Below, one piece after another: positions 7,447 through 16,359 of a stretch of 64,000 bases of DNA. This DNA is from Kiritimatiellia bacterium (lineage in GTDB: Bacteria; Verrucomicrobiota; Kiritimatiellia; RFP12; UBA1067), in assembly GCA_045627925.1 (NCBI GenBank), contig JAZQOS010000075.1, positions 4,938-68,937 on the forward strand. The letters are read 5' to 3'. The position numbers and the translations under genes are program-made. Below the pieces are notes generated by a model that saw nothing but the letters and a program-made list of their open reading frames with translations, did not search any database and was not told the DNA's origin. Every line of letters starts with the position of its first letter. Position 1 is the first letter of the stretch.

Positions 7447-8310
7447 TTATACCACCTTGCCCGACCCGAACGCAAGAAGGAACTCGGCGAGCGCGGCTTG
7501 CCACGTCGGCGTACGATACCCGAGAAGATTGAGGACGCTTTTCTTGAGCGCCGAGTTGCGCGGACGCTTGGCGGGGCGCGGAAATTCCGCCGTCGTGCAG
7601 GGAACGAGCTCGCGCTTGAGTCCCAAAAGCCGGAAAATTTCCCTCGCGAACTCGTACCAAGTGCACTGGTCTTCGCAAGTTCCGTGGACGATTCCCGAGA
7701 CCTCGGGACGGGAAATGAGGAATCTTACGACGTCGGCGACGACTTTCGTTGAAGTCGGGTTGCCGCGCTGATCGTTCACTACCTTTAACGGTTCTCCCGC
7801 CTCGCTCCCGAGCTTCGCCATCGTGTGAACGAACGAAGGACCGCCCTCGCCGTAGAGCCAGGCGATGCGTAGAATGACGAAGTTGTCCGAAATCATCTCG
7901 ATCATCCGCTCGCCCGCCGCTTTCGAGGCGCCGTAAACCGTCTGCGGACGAGGAATGTCGTTTTCGCTCCACGCCCACGGCTCTTTCGGCGGCTCGCCGG
8001 AAAAGACGTAATCGGTCGAAATCGCAATTAGCCGTGCACCGGCGAGCTTCGCCGCCATCGCCACGTTGCGCGTTCCGTCCTCGTTGAGCTTGAAGGCGAG
8101 ATCGCGCCTTTCCTCGCAATCGTCCACCTTCGTCATCGCCGCGCAATGGATTACGAGATCGGGTTTCTCCGCGAGCGTCTTCTCCGTAAAAGCGGCGTCG
8201 TCGGTTATATCCCACTCGGGAAGATCGGCGATGACGAGATCGTGCTCCTTAAGCTCGCGGCAAAGCGTCCGCCCGAGCATTCCCTTCCCGCCAGTAATGA
8301 GGATCTTCAT
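7447..8310 (-). CDS. rfbD: dTDP-4-dehydrorhamnose reductase
   Basis: MKILITGGKGMLGRTL Rossmann start. STDYVFSG... and YGASK catalytic motif. Length is 287 aa. Confidence 0.9.
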   Translation of the reverse strand: MKILITGGKGMLGRTLCRELKEHDLVIADLPEWDITDDAAFTEKTLAEKPDLVIHCAAMTKVDDCEERRDLAFKLNEDGTRNVAMAAKLAGARLIAISTDYVFSGEPPKEPWAWSENDIPRPQTVYGASKAAGERMIEMISDNFVILRIAWLYGEGGPSFVHTMAKLGSEAGEPLKVVNDQRGNPTSTKVVADVVRFLISRPEVSGIVHGTCEDQCTWYEFAREIFRLLGLKRELVPCTTAEFPRPAKRPRNSALKKSVLNLLGYRTPTWQAALAEFLLAFGSGKVV

Positions 8311-9257
8311 TACGCTTCGGCGCCATCATTGAAGGCGTGGACGATGTTCGCGCCCAAAAGGACGATCTCCCAACTCATGTACATCCACGCGAGAACGATC
8401 GGGAAAAACGCGAACGAGCCGTAGAGCGCCGAGGACTTGGCGATGCCGACTTGCGCGACCGCGCAGAGCTTGAGCCAGCCGCCGAAAAGAAGCGCGGTTA
8501 CGAAGCCGCCGTAAATCGCGTGGCGAAAGCGCACCTTGCAATTCGGAATGAGCCAGAAGAAGAACGCGAACGACATAGTCGCCGTCCCAAGCATCACCGC
8601 CGTCCGGAAAATGAAGGAATCGAGGAACCAAATAAGTCCGTCGGAAACCCATTTCGTAAGCTCGGTCGCGCCAATCGTGGCCGAAAGAACGTCCTTAACG
8701 ACTCCCATAACCGGAATCGACACGCCAATCGCCGCGAAAATCGGGAGAACGACGGCAATCGCGAGATATAGACAGGCGCGCTTCCAAATCGGCCGTGGCT
8801 TGGGGACGTTCCAAATTCCGTTGAAACTTACCTCCACCATGCCAATCGAGGAAATCACCGTCCACAGCAAAAACCCAAAGCCGATCCAACCAAGCGTCTT
8901 CGCGTTGAACTTCTCGATGCGTTCGAAGATGGAGTTGGAGATTTTCCGGGCTTCGCTGGCGAATTCCTCGGCGGCAATGCGCTTCTTTTCGCGTTCCGCC
9001 TCGTCGACGGCGGTGATGAGCGCGATGTCATCGTCCTGACCGTGCTCGATATTGGAAATCATCGTATCGAGGTAGGAGTTGATGTAATCGTGGGCGTAGT
9101 CGTCGACTCCGCAAGTCTTGGCGGTGAAAAGGACGATGCAGAGAATCGGCACCAGTCCGAGCATCGCGAAATAGGTAAGCCCCGCCGCGTGCATCGAGCA
9201 GTTGTTGTCCAAAAATCCGCTAATGACGCGCTTGAAGTAGTCGACGATTTTCTTCAT
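8310..9257 (-). CDS. YihY/BrkB-family membrane protein
   Basis: From the Met at 9257: MKKIVDYFKRVISGFLDNNCSMHAAGLTYFAMLGLVPIL, a typical YihY N-terminus, with multiple TM helices. The ORF-track N-terminal extension is Arg-rich and overlaps the upstream gene. Confidence 0.8.
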   Translation of the reverse strand: MKKIVDYFKRVISGFLDNNCSMHAAGLTYFAMLGLVPILCIVLFTAKTCGVDDYAHDYINSYLDTMISNIEHGQDDDIALITAVDEAEREKKRIAAEEFASEARKISNSIFERIEKFNAKTLGWIGFGFLLWTVISSIGMVEVSFNGIWNVPKPRPIWKRACLYLAIAVVLPIFAAIGVSIPVMGVVKDVLSATIGATELTKWVSDGLIWFLDSFIFRTAVMLGTATMSFAFFFWLIPNCKVRFRHAIYGGFVTALLFGGWLKLCAVAQVGIAKSSALYGSFAFFPIVLAWMYMSWEIVLLGANIVHAFNDGAEA

Positions 9258-10096
9258 AGCAAGAATCCCGTTACCCGCCCGAGCACCACCCCGAGAAGAT
9301 AAACGGCAAAGAGGATTGCGAGATTGGTTTTGAAGTTGCGATTGGTCCGAAAGAGCACCAGCATCCCGAGTCCGCTGCCCGCGAAGCTCGACGCCATAAG
9401 CGCGCTCGCGCTCATCGCGCCCGAAGCGTACATTTGGGCGCAGGCGACGGAAACCGCGCAATTGGGAATAAGACCGATGGCCGCGCCAATCGCCTCGCCG
9501 AGATAGGGCCGATTGAGCGCGAGCGACTCGATCCACCCTTCGCCCCAAAAGTGGCATGCAAGCTCGATGGCGCCAGAAACGACGAGAATGAAAACGAAAA
9601 TCTCCGCAGTGTGGATAAGCGCGGGAACCACGATGCCCGAATGCTCGTGGCACGAGCAGTGGCTATGCTCGCAAAGTTCATCGATGCGCGGAGTCGGCAA
9701 GTTGCGCCCTTTAAGTACGACGATCAGCGCATTCACGACGAACCCCACCGCCAACGCCACCGTCGCCTTGATCGCCACAATTTTCGCGACCAGCCCCGCC
9801 GAAACGCCCTCGACGCTCATCAGCACCGGCACCAGCTCGTCAGAAGTCGAAAGAAAGACGGCGAATAGCGTCCCGACCGTAATCACGCCGCCGGAATAGA
9901 AGGAAGCCGCCGCCGCGGAAAACCCGCACTGCGGAAAAGCTCCGGCGATCGCGCCAATCGCCGGACCCATGGAACGCGCACGCTCGAGCGTTCGCTCGAG
10001 CGCGCCTCCCGCCTTCGCCTCCACCGCCTCCAGCACCAGATAGGTGACGAAGAGGAACGGCAGCAAAAGCAGGTTGTCTAAAACGAAATCGATCAA
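9254..10096 (-). CDS. Polytopic membrane protein, putative metal(loid) exporter (ArsP_2/DUF2899-like)
   Basis: Hydrophobic 281-aa product with FLSTSDELVPVL, GLIPNCAVSVA and a Cys/His cluster CEHSHCSCHEH. The likely start is TTG at 10096, which overlaps the ferredoxin stop (TTGA). The family call is from memory of motifs. Confidence 0.6.
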   Translation of the reverse strand: MIDFVLDNLLLLPFLFVTYLVLEAVEAKAGGALERTLERARSMGPAIGAIAGAFPQCGFSAAAASFYSGGVITVGTLFAVFLSTSDELVPVLMSVEGVSAGLVAKIVAIKATVALAVGFVVNALIVVLKGRNLPTPRIDELCEHSHCSCHEHSGIVVPALIHTAEIFVFILVVSGAIELACHFWGEGWIESLALNRPYLGEAIGAAIGLIPNCAVSVACAQMYASGAMSASALMASSFAGSGLGMLVLFRTNRNFKTNLAILFAVYLLGVVLGRVTGFLL

Positions 10097-10263
10097 GCCG
10101 GGCCGATCGCTTCGTTCGGGCACTGCGCCGCGCAAGCGCCGCAATCCACGCACTTGTCGGGATCGATCGTGTAGGGCGTTCCCTCCGAAATCGCTTCCGC
10201 GGGGCACGCGTCCTTGCAGCAACCGCAAGCAACGCACTTATCGGCGGCAATCTTATGAGCCAT
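10093..10263 (-). CDS. 2x[4Fe-4S] clostridial-type ferredoxin (56 aa, not in ORF track)
   Basis: Hand translation gives MAHKIAADKCVACGCCKDACPAEAISEGTPYTIDPDKCVDCGACAAQCPNEAIGPA*. It has two perfect CxxCxxCxxxCP motifs and AAGGAGAAAAATC precedes the ATG. Confidence 0.85.
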   Translation of the reverse strand: MAHKIAADKCVACGCCKDACPAEAISEGTPYTIDPDKCVDCGACAAQCPNEAIGPA

Positions 10264-10302
10264 GATTTTTCTCCTTTTCTTGTGGGTTAAAAGACGAGCG
10301 TG

Positions 10303-10311
10303 ATTATACCA
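10303..10311 (-). promoter_or_regulatory. Extended -10 element TGGTATAAT upstream of the ferredoxin operon
   Basis: The reverse complement of 10303-10311 is TGGTATAAT, about 40 nt upstream of the ferredoxin ATG. Confidence 0.5.
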
Positions 10312-10314
10312 TTT

Positions 10315-11439
10315 TTACTCGAAAATCACAAATGCGGGGAGCCCCTTCACCGCCTCGAATCCGGGTAAGGCGCGAAGTTCCTTGATGTTCTCCGCCTGCA
10401 GTTTGATGATGGTAAAGCGCTTGAGCGCCGCCTTTACCTTCTCGTCGCTCAAAACCTCGCGCTCCATCGCACCGCAATTCTTGCACCACGACGCCCAGCA
10501 ATCGACGATCACCGGCTTTTTCGCCTCGGCCAGCTTCGATGCGAAAGTCGCGGGCGTGCAAGATCCCTCCGCGCCATCCATTTCGACGCGCTCGCGCATG
10601 AAACCGCGTACCGCGAGATTTCCGTACCAAACGGCGAAGCCGAAAACGACGAGCGCAAAGAATTTGTTGACCCACTTCATCCACGCGCCCGGCTTGGGGA
10701 GAATCTGCATCCCCGCACCGAGGAACGGCCAGGGAAGCGCCATCCCGATTCCCAAAACGAACGGCAAAGCGAGCGCCAGAACTTCGCCCTTGGCGAAGAG
10801 GTCGGAGGTAAGGAGCAAAACCGAAATCAGAATCGGCGCCACGCACGCTCCGGCGAGAATCGCGCTCAAAACGCCCATCAAAAACGCGCCGGTGCGAAAG
10901 CGATACTTCGAGAAATCGAGGAACCACACGCCGCAAAGGGAAAGCCCGAGCGCGACGAAAACAATCGCCACCACCGAATTGAAGTAAGGGCTCGCTTGAA
11001 TCGTCCCGAACGCCATGCCTCCAACCGCCGCCGCGACTCCGAGCGCGCCGTAGGCGAGCGCAATTCCCGCGCCGTAGGCAAGTCCGCGCTTCGCGGACTT
11101 GCCGATAATCATAAGATTAATCGGAATCATCGGCAATACGCACGGCGTAAGGTTCATAAGAAATCCTCCGACGAGCACCAAGATCAACACCAAGAAAATA
11201 CTCTTTCCGGCGAGCGCCGATTCCGCAGGACGATTCTCGATAAACGCGACGAACTCGTCGGCGCTCATGTACCCTTGGGCAAGCCGTGCGTCGCTCGGCG
11301 CGGCGACGGGCGCGTCGTCCTCGACCGGCATGCACATTCCGTCCTTGCACTCGTATTTAACGCCGTCGATGATTTGGATTTCCGCGCGCGCGAAAAGCGC
11401 GGAAAGCGCGATTAACGACCAAACGAACGCCTTTTTCAT
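10315..11439 (-). CDS. DsbD/CcdA-type thiol:disulfide interchange membrane protein with C-terminal thioredoxin domain
   Basis: Signal peptide MKKAFVWSLIALSALFARA. CcdA-like TM core includes LTPCVLPMIPI. The C-terminal thioredoxin has CWASWCKNC. Confidence 0.85.
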   Translation of the reverse strand: MKKAFVWSLIALSALFARAEIQIIDGVKYECKDGMCMPVEDDAPVAAPSDARLAQGYMSADEFVAFIENRPAESALAGKSIFLVLILVLVGGFLMNLTPCVLPMIPINLMIIGKSAKRGLAYGAGIALAYGALGVAAAVGGMAFGTIQASPYFNSVVAIVFVALGLSLCGVWFLDFSKYRFRTGAFLMGVLSAILAGACVAPILISVLLLTSDLFAKGEVLALALPFVLGIGMALPWPFLGAGMQILPKPGAWMKWVNKFFALVVFGFAVWYGNLAVRGFMRERVEMDGAEGSCTPATFASKLAEAKKPVIVDCWASWCKNCGAMEREVLSDEKVKAALKRFTIIKLQAENIKELRALPGFEAVKGLPAFVIFE

Positions 11440-12881
11440 TTTACCCCTCCTTGGCGGCGATGCCGCGCCGCGTACGATTCGAGCGCCTTGTCCAGTTCCC
11501 TTTCCGAGAAATCCGGCCACAAAACGTCGGTGAAATAATACTCCGAATAAGCCGACTCCCACAAGAGGAAGTTGGACGTGCGAATTTCGCCGCTCGTGCG
11601 GATGATGAGATCGGGGTCGGGCACGTCCGGCGCGTAGAGATAGTTCCTGAAAGTTTCCTCGGTTACCTTCTCGCCCTTCGCCATCGCCGCATTGACCGCG
11701 TCGACGATTTCCGCTCTGCCGCCGTAGGAAATGGCAACGATGAATTCGCGATCGAATTTACGCGTAAGCTCTTCGAGTCGCTCGATCTCCGCAAGCACTT
11801 TCGCGGGGAGATCGCCTCGCCGCCCCACCATGCGGAAGCGCACTTCGTTCTTGACGAATTCCTTCGCCTTGGACTTCAGCGTCCGCGCGAAGAGTTTCAT
11901 CAACCCTTCGACTTCCGCTTTCGGACGCTTCCAGTTCTCGGTCGAAAACGCATAGACCGTAAGGTAGCGAATATCCCGCGCCTTGCACCACTTAAGAACT
12001 TCGCCCAGCGTCTTCGCGCCCGCGATGTGGCCTTCGCCGCGCCGCTTTCCGCGCTCCGTCGCCCAACGGCCGTTGCCGTCCATGATAATCGCGACGTGCT
12101 CGGGCACGTGGCGAAGATATCGCACCGTTTCCATAAAGAACCTTTCCGGCGTCGAAGCACCGCTCGTCACTCCGAGCTTTTCCACGCCGCTGAAATCGAT
12201 TGCGCGCACTTCCGCGAGCGTACCCGCGACAAACGCGCGTTTGCCCGAGCGCTCGGCGACTTCCTTAAGCCGCATCGTGTTCGACGAATTGCGGCTCCCC
12301 AGGACAAGCACCGCGTCACCCGCAAACGCCTTTACCGCGTCCTGCCGTTCCTTGGTCGCCCGACAAACCTCGGCCATCGTCTCCACGCGATAGCGTTTTT
12401 TAAGTTCCTTGACCTCGCGCTCGACCTCGTCGGCGTTCATCGTCGTTTGGCTGACGACGCCGATAAGCTCGCCCGCCTTTGGCTTACGCGGCGTAATTTC
12501 GGCGACGATGCCCTTTACTTCGACGTGCTTACCGTCGCCGATTACCACTACCGGCAGCCCGCGATCGGAAAACGCCTTCGCCGCCTTGTGTACATTGGCG
12601 ACGAAAGGACAAGTCGTATCCACGACCTTAAGTTCGCGTTCGGCGGCGACAAGGCGCGTCTCGGGCGAAACGCCGTGCGCCGAAAATACCACCGTCTCGC
12701 CGCGCGGCACGTCCTCGATTCGCTCGACGAACTTAAACCCGAGCGCTTTCAGCTCGTCGATTACGATTTCGTTATGGACGAGCTCATGCAGACAATAGAC
12801 GTTCGAGAGCTTGAGCGCCTTGGCGATGGCGGCGGTAACTCCGGCGCACATCCCGTGCGGCTCTATGATCTCGACTTTCAC
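11436..12881 (-). CDS. ispH-uppS: Fusion protein: 4-hydroxy-3-methylbut-2-enyl diphosphate reductase (IspH) N-terminal part plus undecaprenyl-diphosphate synthase (UppS) C-terminal part
   Basis: Residues 1 to about 245: MKVEIIEPHGMCAGV...FSAHGVSP...TTCPFV...SQTT...SSNT (IspH). Residues about 250-481: HVAIIMDGNGRWA...YLTVYAFSTENWKRP...IRTSGE.R.SNFLLW (UppS). It is a single uninterrupted frame. Confidence 0.85.
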   Translation of the reverse strand: MKVEIIEPHGMCAGVTAAIAKALKLSNVYCLHELVHNEIVIDELKALGFKFVERIEDVPRGETVVFSAHGVSPETRLVAAERELKVVDTTCPFVANVHKAAKAFSDRGLPVVVIGDGKHVEVKGIVAEITPRKPKAGELIGVVSQTTMNADEVEREVKELKKRYRVETMAEVCRATKERQDAVKAFAGDAVLVLGSRNSSNTMRLKEVAERSGKRAFVAGTLAEVRAIDFSGVEKLGVTSGASTPERFFMETVRYLRHVPEHVAIIMDGNGRWATERGKRRGEGHIAGAKTLGEVLKWCKARDIRYLTVYAFSTENWKRPKAEVEGLMKLFARTLKSKAKEFVKNEVRFRMVGRRGDLPAKVLAEIERLEELTRKFDREFIVAISYGGRAEIVDAVNAAMAKGEKVTEETFRNYLYAPDVPDPDLIIRTSGEIRTSNFLLWESAYSEYYFTDVLWPDFSERELDKALESYAARHRRQGGVK

Positions 12882-13522
12882 GCCGTGCGCTTCGAGTCCT
12901 CGAACGCGCGAAAGCGCTCGGCGAAACGCGCCGTCGTCTTTTCGAGCGCGGTTTCGGCGTCGATGCCGGCGTCGGCGATCGACTTCACGACCCGCAACAG
13001 AAACTCGCCGGCGTCGCCCTCGATTTCCACGCCCTTCAAATTCTCTTCGTAGCCGATGCGCTTCGCCTTCTCCATCGTGCGGCGCGCCTTAAGTAGCGCG
13101 GGCAACGCGTTCGGCACGCCGTCGAGCGCCGAGTGGCGAACTTCCTTCTTGTGTTCGAGCTGCTTGATGTGCTCCCAGTTCTTGAGCACGGTCGCGGGAT
13201 CCTTCGCCTCCACGTCCCCGAAGACGTGGGGATGGCGATGGACGAGCTTGTCGGAAATGGCGTTTGCGACGTCATCGAAGGTGAATCGCCCTTCCTGTTC
13301 GGCCATCACCGACTGGAACATGATCTGCAAAAGGACGTCGCCGAGTTCCTCGACGTAGTTCGCCTTGTCCTCGGGCTTGTCCATCGCCGAAAGGAGCTCG
13401 TACGTCTCCTCCAAAAGGCACGGCTTCAAAGTCTCGAGCGTCTGAACCTTATCCCAAGGGCAACCCGTCTCGGGGTCGCGCAGACGGGTCATGATTTCGT
13501 GCAGACGTTCGATTCCGCTCAT
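12878..13522 (-). CDS. mazG: Nucleoside triphosphate pyrophosphohydrolase MazG
   Basis: LRDPETGCPWDKVQTLETLKPCLLEETYEL...EELGDVLLQI... is typical of MazG. Confidence 0.9.
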   Translation of the reverse strand: MSGIERLHEIMTRLRDPETGCPWDKVQTLETLKPCLLEETYELLSAMDKPEDKANYVEELGDVLLQIMFQSVMAEQEGRFTFDDVANAISDKLVHRHPHVFGDVEAKDPATVLKNWEHIKQLEHKKEVRHSALDGVPNALPALLKARRTMEKAKRIGYEENLKGVEIEGDAGEFLLRVVKSIADAGIDAETALEKTTARFAERFRAFEDSKRTA

Positions 13523-14196
13523 CAGTCAACCCGCAGAATTTCCAATAGTCTCTTCGCGGTCGGGCCCGAAAGTTCCTTCACGACGTCGTCCGCGCCGCCG
13601 AAGTCCTGATAGGCGACGCGATCGTTCACCACCGCCATCGAACCCATACCGGCGACAAGCGCGCTCTTGACGCTGTGGCCGGAACCGGCGACTGCGATCG
13701 TGGAAATGCGGCTCAAGCCGCACTTCGCGCAAGCGCGAAGCCACGAGTCCCACTTAACCGCGCCATAGCACGCGGATTCTTCGTGATAAAGGACGACCTT
13801 TTCGCCCAAAAGCGGCGCGAACGCCGTCTTAACCGCCTCGCCTTCGATATCGGCGCGAGTGGCGATGACGATCTTTACGCCCTTGTCGACGAGCGCCTTG
13901 ACGAAGTTCTTGAACTGTGGAGTGATCGCGCTCGCGATCTTGGCGGTAAGCGCCTTGTTGAAAGCCGCCGACAAGTCCTTACCGGCCTTGGCTGCGGTCT
14001 TCTTCGTCTTTACCATCGGAAAGTATTCCGCAAAACCGCCCTGGTAGTTTCCGCCGGCGAGATACTTCGCCTCGATTACCTCGTCAAACGGAATCTTGTC
14101 CAGCTCTTTCAGGAAGGCCGAGGTGGTTTTGTAAAGAAGTTCCGCGCCCGCGAAAACCGCGAAGTCGAACTCGATGATAACGCCCTTGTCGGCCAT
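13522..14196 (-). CDS. HAD-like fold protein (function unclear)
   Basis: 224-aa ORF in operon context with a weak HAD-like layout (GVIIEFDFAVF...; ...AVAGSGHSVKSALVAGM...VND). The canonical DxD nucleophile motif is not evident. Confidence 0.5.
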   Translation of the reverse strand: MADKGVIIEFDFAVFAGAELLYKTTSAFLKELDKIPFDEVIEAKYLAGGNYQGGFAEYFPMVKTKKTAAKAGKDLSAAFNKALTAKIASAITPQFKNFVKALVDKGVKIVIATRADIEGEAVKTAFAPLLGEKVVLYHEESACYGAVKWDSWLRACAKCGLSRISTIAVAGSGHSVKSALVAGMGSMAVVNDRVAYQDFGGADDVVKELSGPTAKRLLEILRVD

Positions 14197-14205
14197 ATCC
14201 CAACC

Positions 14206-15450
14206 TCACTTTACGATGCGTTTTTTGCGCGACTTGGGCTGGCCGATCTCCGAAAGGAGCTTGCGGAACGAACCCTTGCGCACATTGAAAGGCTTGCCGC
14301 CCTTGATACGCGGGAATTCGCAAGCGCGAATCTTCGCGCCCGCGTTCTCGTCCGGTCCGACAACGCCCGAAACGCCGCTCAAAGCGCACTCGACCGCCTT
14401 GCGCGCGCACTTCTCGATGAGCTTCAAGTCCTTCTTGTTCGGCACCGCCGCGCGGGCGAAGTAGCCGGACTTGAAGACCTGGACCTTCTCGGCCTTAAGT
14501 AGCTCGCCGAAGCGCTTGCCGACGTACTGGCCGACGTTGACCTTGTCGAGCCGCGGATGGCCGAATGCGTCGACCGGCACTTCCTCGCCGCGCTTCTTCA
14601 TCTCCTCGATGATGTCCTTGACGCCGGCGCCCTCGGAAACGAAGATATTGACGGAGTCCCACTTGTCCATCACCGCGTTGAGGCGCTTGGCCTCTTCCTT
14701 GAAGTCGATCTTCGACTCGGGCACGTAGACGGCGTGGACGTCCTGGCGGCCGAGCGTCTGGTTGAAGCCGTCCAGAAAAAGTCCGCGACGCTCCATCGAC
14801 TTGAGCATCTTGCGATAGCACTGCGCGGTCTTGTAGGTAAGCCAACCGCAGTTGCGGCCCATGACCTCGTGAATCGTGAGCGCGCGCGGATTGGCGCTAT
14901 TTTCCTTCACGACATTGAGGAAAAACTTCGCGCCTTCCTCGGCCGCGGTCCACGCGCCGAGCGACTGCTTGATCGGATAGACATCGTTGTCGATCGTCTT
15001 GGGGAGGCCGACGACGATCAGCGGATAGTTGTTCGTCGCGAGATACGCCGCGAGATCGGCCGCAGTCGTGTTGGTGTCGTCGCCGCCAATCGTATGGAGG
15101 ACGTCGACGCCGTCCTTGACGAGCTGGTCGGCCGCGACCTTAAGCGGATCTTCGCCTTCCTTGACGAGTCCGCGCTTCACGCAATCCTTGACGTTGGTGA
15201 GCTTGACGCGGCTATTGCCGATCGGGCTGCCGCCGTGCTTCGTGAGGACGAGCGCGTTCTTGCGAACTTCGTCGGTAACCTTGATGTAATCGCCCTTCAA
15301 AAGCCCCATGTAGCCGTTCACATAGCCAATCATCTCGACATTCGGAGCTTTCTTCGTATATTCGTCGATCAGAAATCCAATCGAGCTGGAGAGACACGGA
15401 GCGAGCCCGCCAGCGGTCAAAAACGCAACTTTCTTAACTTCTTTAGCCAT
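14206..15450 (-). CDS. pfp: Pyrophosphate-dependent 6-phosphofructokinase (PPi-PFK type)
   Basis: AFLTAGGLAPCLSS, IGGDDTNTTA (Asp in GGDD, as in PPi enzymes) and PKTIDNDV. Confidence 0.85.
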   Translation of the reverse strand: MAKEVKKVAFLTAGGLAPCLSSSIGFLIDEYTKKAPNVEMIGYVNGYMGLLKGDYIKVTDEVRKNALVLTKHGGSPIGNSRVKLTNVKDCVKRGLVKEGEDPLKVAADQLVKDGVDVLHTIGGDDTNTTAADLAAYLATNNYPLIVVGLPKTIDNDVYPIKQSLGAWTAAEEGAKFFLNVVKENSANPRALTIHEVMGRNCGWLTYKTAQCYRKMLKSMERRGLFLDGFNQTLGRQDVHAVYVPESKIDFKEEAKRLNAVMDKWDSVNIFVSEGAGVKDIIEEMKKRGEEVPVDAFGHPRLDKVNVGQYVGKRFGELLKAEKVQVFKSGYFARAAVPNKKDLKLIEKCARKAVECALSGVSGVVGPDENAGAKIRACEFPRIKGGKPFNVRKGSFRKLLSEIGQPKSRKKRIVK

Positions 15451-15472
15451 TTTTCGCCTTCTTTCTATAACT

Positions 15473-15934
15473 TCAAATCGCCTTCATCACATTCGCCATC
15501 TCAATGGCGCTTTGCATCGCGGAAAAACCCTTGTTACCTTGCTTGGTGCCGCAACGCTCGACCGCCTGTTCGAGGTTCTCGGCGGAAACGACGCCGTCCA
15601 AAACCGGAACGCCGCTCTCGACCGAAATCTCGCTAAACGCCTTGGAAGTCGTCGCATTAATAAGCTCGGCATGCGCCGTCGCGCCTTGCACAACCGCCCC
15701 GAGCGCAACCACTGCGTCCACACCCTTCTTGGAGGCGAAACGCTTCGCGACAATCGGTAGCTCATACGCGCCCGGGACTCGAACGAGCGTCAAATCCTTA
15801 TCGCTGCCGCCGAGCCGAGTATAAGCGTCGAGCGCGCCCTTAACGAGCTCATTCGTGAGGAAACTATTAAAACGACTTGCGATGAGCACGATCTTAAGCC
15901 CCTTCGCAGTCAAGTCTCCGTTGATTTCTTTCAT
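15473..15934 (-). CDS. ribH: 6,7-dimethyl-8-ribityllumazine synthase
   Basis: IVLIASRFNSFLTNELVKGALD...VRVPGAYELP...LGAVVQGATAH. Confidence 0.9.
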   Translation of the reverse strand: MKEINGDLTAKGLKIVLIASRFNSFLTNELVKGALDAYTRLGGSDKDLTLVRVPGAYELPIVAKRFASKKGVDAVVALGAVVQGATAHAELINATTSKAFSEISVESGVPVLDGVVSAENLEQAVERCGTKQGNKGFSAMQSAIEMANVMKAI

Positions 15935-16016
15935 TGCTTCAATTCCTTTTTAACGAAAACTCGCGCATTTTATCAAAATCCGCGCAACTTGTCAAAAGCG
16001 AGGGGTAGGAGCAAAA

Positions 16017-16093
16017 TGGTCGGACCGACGAGATTTGAACTCGTGACCTTTTGCACCCCAAGCAAACGCGCTACCAGGCTGCGCTACGGTCCG
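16017..16093 (-). tRNA. tRNA-Pro (anticodon GGG)
   Basis: The reverse complement is CGGACCG-TA-GCGC..GCGC-G-TTTGC-TTGGGGT-GCAAA-AGGTC-ACGAG-TTCAAAT-CTCGT-CGGTCCG-A-CCA. Confidence 0.9.
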
Positions 16094-16117
16094 ACGAGAC
16101 CAGATTTCCTTTATAAT

Positions 16118-16194
<77 letters not shown>

Positions 16195-16210
16195 ATCTGG
16201 GTTCTCCGCT

Positions 16211-16287
16211 TGGCGGGGCTGGCGGGAGTTGAACCCACAACCCTCAGATTCGTAGTCTGATGCTCTATCCAATTGAGCTACAGCCCC
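16211..16287 (-). tRNA. tRNA-Arg (anticodon ACG)
   Basis: The reverse complement is GGGGCTG-TA-GCTC..GAGC-A-TCAGA-CTACGAA-TCTGA-GGGTT-GTGGG-TTCAACT-CCCGC-CAGCCCC-G-CCA. Confidence 0.9.
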
Positions 16288-16307
16288 AAAATCGGAAAAC
16301 GGCGCGT

Positions 16308-16336
16308 ATTATACTCTTTTTGTAATTCGCCGTCAA
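16308..16336 (-). promoter_or_regulatory. Sigma-70-type promoter of the tRNA Arg-Met-Pro cluster (TTGACG-17-TATAAT)
   Basis: The reverse complement reads TTGACG gcgaattacaaaaagag TATAAT acgcgcc. It has a GC-rich discriminator and lies about 20 nt upstream of the tRNA-Arg 5' end. Confidence 0.7.
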
Positions 16337-16359
16337 GCGCACCACCTACAAGTCACCTG

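Noticed and set aside
7130-8215. 361-aa minus-strand ORF overlapping rmlD in another frame
   Set aside because: Extremely Arg/Gly-rich. It overlaps rmlD, the tRNA-Gln gene and the gspF start. The rmlD frame has clear Rossmann and YxxxK motifs.
9610-9618. Perfect DnaA box TGTGGATAA
   Set aside because: It is a single isolated box inside a coding region, with no cluster and no adjacent AT-rich unwinding element. A single occurrence is expected by chance in 64 kb.
11451-13052. 533-aa plus-strand ORF
   Set aside because: It is antisense to the ispH-uppS fusion and mazG, which have unmistakable catalytic motifs. The translation is Arg-rich low complexity.
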